A stretch of DNA of 64,000 bases. It comes from the human T2T-CHM13v2.0 reference genome, Homo sapiens. The notes under the pieces are model-generated. The model had not been told where the DNA came from. It did no database searches and saw only the letters and a program-made list of their open reading frames with translations. Shown in pieces: positions 60,571-64,000 of this stretch (the stretch's first letter is position 1; every line of letters starts with the position of its first letter). Location: the NCBI RefSeq assembly GCF_009914755.1, contig NC_060942.1. One strand, 5' to 3'. The position numbers were made by a program, and so were the translations under genes.

Positions 60571-61626
60571 GAAATAATTATACAATTCACCATAATGTAG
60601 AATCAGAGGGAGCCCTGAGCTTGTTTTTCTGCAACTAGATGGTCCCACATGGGGGTGATGGGAGACAGTGACAAATCATCAGGCATTAAATTCTCATAAG
60701 GAGCACACAACCTAGATCCCTCACACGCACAGTTCACAATAGGGTTCATGCTCCTACAGGAATCTAATGCTGCCACTGATCTGACAGGAGATGGAGCTCA
60801 GGTGGTAACGTGAGTGATGGGGAGTGGCTGTAAATATCAATGAAGCATTTGCTTTTGGGTTGAATAAATGAAATCCTTGCCTAAGCCAATACCTAGAAGA
60901 GGCTTTTCAATTTTATCTTCTAGAATTTTTATAGTTTCAGGGCTTAGATTTAAGACCTTGGTCCATATTGAGGTAATTTATGTATAAGATGAGAGATGAA
61001 GATCCAGAGCTTTTGCACAGCAAAAGGAACAATCAGCAGAGCAAACAGAAAACCCACAGAGTTGAAGAAAATCTTCAGAATCTATACATCTGACAAAGGA
61101 CTAATATCCAGAATCTACAATGAACTCAAACAAATTAGCAAGAAAAAAAACAAACAATCCTATCAAAAAGTAGGCTAAGAACATGAATAGACAATTCTCC
61201 AAAGAAGATATACAAATGGCCAACAAACATACGAAAAAATGCTCAACATTACTAATGATCAGGGAAACGCAAATCAAAACCACAATGCAATATCACCTTA
61301 CTCCTGCAAGAATGGCCATAATCAAAACATCAAAAAATAATAGATGCTGACATGGATGCGGTGAACAGGGAACACTTCTGCACTGCTGGTGGGAATGTAA
61401 ACTAGTACAACCACTATGGAAAACAGTGTGGAGATTCCTTAAAGAACTAAAAGTAGAACTACCATTTGATCCAGCAATTTCACTACTGGTTATCTACCCA
61501 AATGAAAAGAAGTCATTATACAAAAAAGATACTTGCACACACATGTTTATCATAGCACAATTCACAATTGCAAAAATGTGGAACCAACCCAAATGCCCAT
61601 CAATCAACAAGTGGATAAAAAAACTG

Positions 61627-61664
<38 letters not shown>

Positions 61665-62194
61665 ATATATATACATATATATATGTACACATAAATACAA
61701 TGAAATACTACTCAGCCATAAAAAGGAATGAATTAGTGGCATTCGCAGCAACCTGAATGAGATTGGAGACTATTATTGTAAGTGAAGTAACTCAGGAATG
61801 GAATACCAAACATCATTATGTTCTCACTCATAAGTGGGAGCTAAGCTATGAGGATGCAAAGGCATAAGAATGACACAATGCACTTTGGGGACTCAGGGGG
61901 AAAGGGTGGGAGGAGGTGAGGGATAAAAAAAACTACAAATTGGGTGCAGTGTATAATGCTCGGGTGATGGGTATACCAAAATCTCACAAATCAACATTGA
62001 ACAACTTACTCATGTAACCAAACACCACCTGTTACCCAATAACCTATGGAAATAAAAAATTAAACAAACAAACAAACAAAAAATACTGATGAAGCTTCTC
62101 TTACCTGCCTGCCACACACCTACTGCTGTGTGGGTCTGTTCCTAACAGGCCATGTACCAGTACCAGTGCGTGGCCCAAGGTGTGGGGACACCTG
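60360..62194. mobile_element. MER1A (hAT-Charlie) split by an L1 insertion; contains a (TA)n(TG)n(TA)n microsatellite
   Basis: gggaccagtttcgtggaagacaattttt, ttctcataaggagcacacaacctagatccctc, resumes gatgaagctt..cctaacaggcca..ggggacacctg after the L1. Confidence 0.85.
60847..62080 (+). mobile_element. L1PB1-like, 5'-truncated with a 5' inversion (60847-61007 antisense, 61008-62080 sense)
   Basis: 3'UTR actacaaattgggtgcagtgta..gctcgggtgatggg..aacctatggaaataaaaa; ORF2 peptides [22 protein letters not shown]; degenerate TSD aaata(tca/ctg)atgaagc at 60832-60846 and 62081-62095. Confidence 0.88.
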
Positions 62195-62297
62195 AGCTAT
62201 ATATCCCAGTTCTGTTTAAAATTCAATTTTTGTTTTCTGTATTTTCTGCTATAAACTAGAATTTTCTCTTGTGTCTCCTTTTTTAGTTAATGGTACT

Positions 62298-62884
62298 TGT
62301 TGGGGCTCAGCAATTGATAACCCAAAATTACAATCCTTTTTATATACTGAACTAAAGAAGAGGCCTCAAGGTCTCTTTGTTTCACCCCCTACCCCACAAT
62401 CTCTTCCTAAGCACAAAATACAGTTGTACTTTGAAGTTCCATTATCTGCAAGCCCGGACCTACCAAAGAAGAAAACAATTACCTCCAGTCTCTTCCCTGG
62501 GTTTTCATTAACTGAACTCATATCACGGGAAGACTAAAGTCTGTCAACAAACCTGAACAGACTTTAGTCTCAAACCATTGTCTGATGTTCTGTGTGCTCA
62601 ACAGCCTTTGTGCCAGATCATTGTACGTTTTGCAAGTCAATTGAATTGCCCTTAAATTCATCTACCATCTCCTGAACATCATCCACACTTCTCTATCACT
62701 CTTTCCTCTAAGAAGTATATAAGCATCTGTACCCCATTGGAATATTGGACAATCACTCTGTGATTCTCCCCGTGCACAGTAGTAAGAAATTTTTAGTCTT
62801 TTCTCTAATTTAATCTGCCTTATTGTGAGATTATTTTTCAGTGAAACTTCTAAGGGCGAAGGGGAAGTTTCCTTTGCCCCAACA
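62298..62884 (+). mobile_element. ERV1 solo LTR (MER39-like)
   Basis: tgttggggctcag start, ttttcagtgaaactt..ggggaagtttcctttgccccaaca end; TSD tact/tacc. Confidence 0.75.
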
Positions 62885-63339
62885 TACCCATGTTGCCTAT
62901 TTTAGAAATTTGTAAATATGTTTAAATATTTATTAATACATTCTTCTTCTTTTATCTACATTCAAGCACCAAAGGAATCACAAACTATTTCCTTCTCACA
63001 TTCGTCTTTTTACTGCTAATATATTTCACACATCCATATTTTTTTCATGTACTGTTGTAATTACATCTCTACTGCTTTGAGAAACTCCAATCTTCAAGTC
63101 CTCCAATCCATTCTCTACATGCCAGGTATTGTATGTGTTCTTCCCTAATAGGCAAGTAGGAGTGTGCACTTTACCAACATGGATGATGCATATATATTTT
63201 TGATTACTCAGGATATGAAAATGAATGGAACGTGCTGTCTATGTCCTCAAAGAACCCACACTTACAAGCAAGACAAAATTGTAAATGACTCTGAGCAGAT
63301 ATAAGTAATATGGGGAAATAAAAAGAGTATTCATGCTCT

Positions 63340-63500
63340 TTACCATTTATTCATCAACTCTTCTGAGTATTGTTCTAAGCACTAGTGATACAGAACTGAC
63401 CTGGACAAAAAGATTTCTTAGATCATGAGTTTTATTTTCAATGACAGAAGATTTAGGAGTCAAGGAAGGCTTCATAGGGAGATGACAGGAGGCAAATTTT
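63340..63500 (-). mobile_element. L2 fragment
   Basis: catttattcatcaa..tgttctaagcactagtgatacag, gtcaaggaaggcttcata. Confidence 0.55.
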
Positions 63501-63521
63501 AAAATCACTATTTCTAATGGT

Positions 63522-64000
63522 TGTAAGGGAGAAAAGATTTCTTTATTTGCCCATTGCTAGGCTCATGGCTGATACTCCTATAAGAAAAGACAGATTAATA
63601 AGAGAAAAGCATAGAAATTTATTTAATATAAATTTTATGTAACACAAGAGCCTTCAGAAATGAAGACCCAAAGAAATAGGAAAAACTGTACATTTTTTTG
63701 GACAGTTGTGTTGCAGTATGATTGGAGCTTAACAGGTTATGACCTAATAGCAATGACTTGGGGGGAACTTAGCAAGGCCTATTCAGATTCTTCTCTGTTT
63801 TTCTGTGTGATAGTCCTTTTCTCTGGACATAGAAGGGACCCTCCTGGAACGAGAATCTTATGGCCTACTTCAGAGAAAAGTCTGCTAGGGTCTGCTAGGT
63901 TTTATACACCTCTTCAGGAAAAGAGCAAGGGGAAGAGGAGAGTGAGTTTTCTACTTCTGTTTTTTCCAAATGCCAAGTGCCATATTTTGAGGTAGTGTGT
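63522..64000 (-). mobile_element. ERV1 LTR (MER34-like), cut by window edge
   Basis: aaagacagattaataagagaaaagcata.aaatttattt, gaaatgaagacccaaaga, gccatattttgaggtag. Confidence 0.65.

Noticed and set aside
60240-60648. ORFs with YIYI, THTH and VCVC runs
   Set aside because: Dinucleotide microsatellite translation inside MER1A
63660-63995. 111-aa ORF
   Set aside because: Lies antisense within a MER34-like LTR with no protein similarity

Overview
This is AT-rich, CpG-depleted primate genomic DNA, almost certainly human because it carries an AluYa5 with all five diagnostic bases. It is intronic or intergenic: I find no recognisable host protein-coding gene, tRNA/rRNA gene, CpG island or CRISPR array. 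Roughly half is transposon-derived: LINE-1 copies of many ages (L1PA2, L1PB, L1MA1-like, L1MC/ME, HAL1), Alus (FAM, AluS, AluY, AluYa5), L2/MIR remnants, MaLR/ERVL/ERV1 LTRs, an ERV-L internal fragment with a dUTPase remnant, and DNA transposons (Tigger3a, MER44, MER33, MER1A, MADE1). Most long ORFs are L1 ORF2 remnants or repeat artefacts. I do not see a convincing new biological system. The most unusual observations are: (1) a THE1 LTR lacking its terminal bases and flanked by a 70-bp direct repeat instead of a 5-bp TSD; (2) an MLT2 LTR whose terminal ATG reads in frame into a downstream L1PA2 RT region; (3) a perfect palindrome built from two AP-1 sites; (4) several short perfected inverted repeats suggesting template-switch mutation; (5) a young, possibly polymorphic AluYa5, a twin-primed L1 and an intact MADE1 hairpin. 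Subfamily names come from remembered consensus sequences and need Dfam/RepeatMasker confirmation; boundaries of old repeats are approximate.
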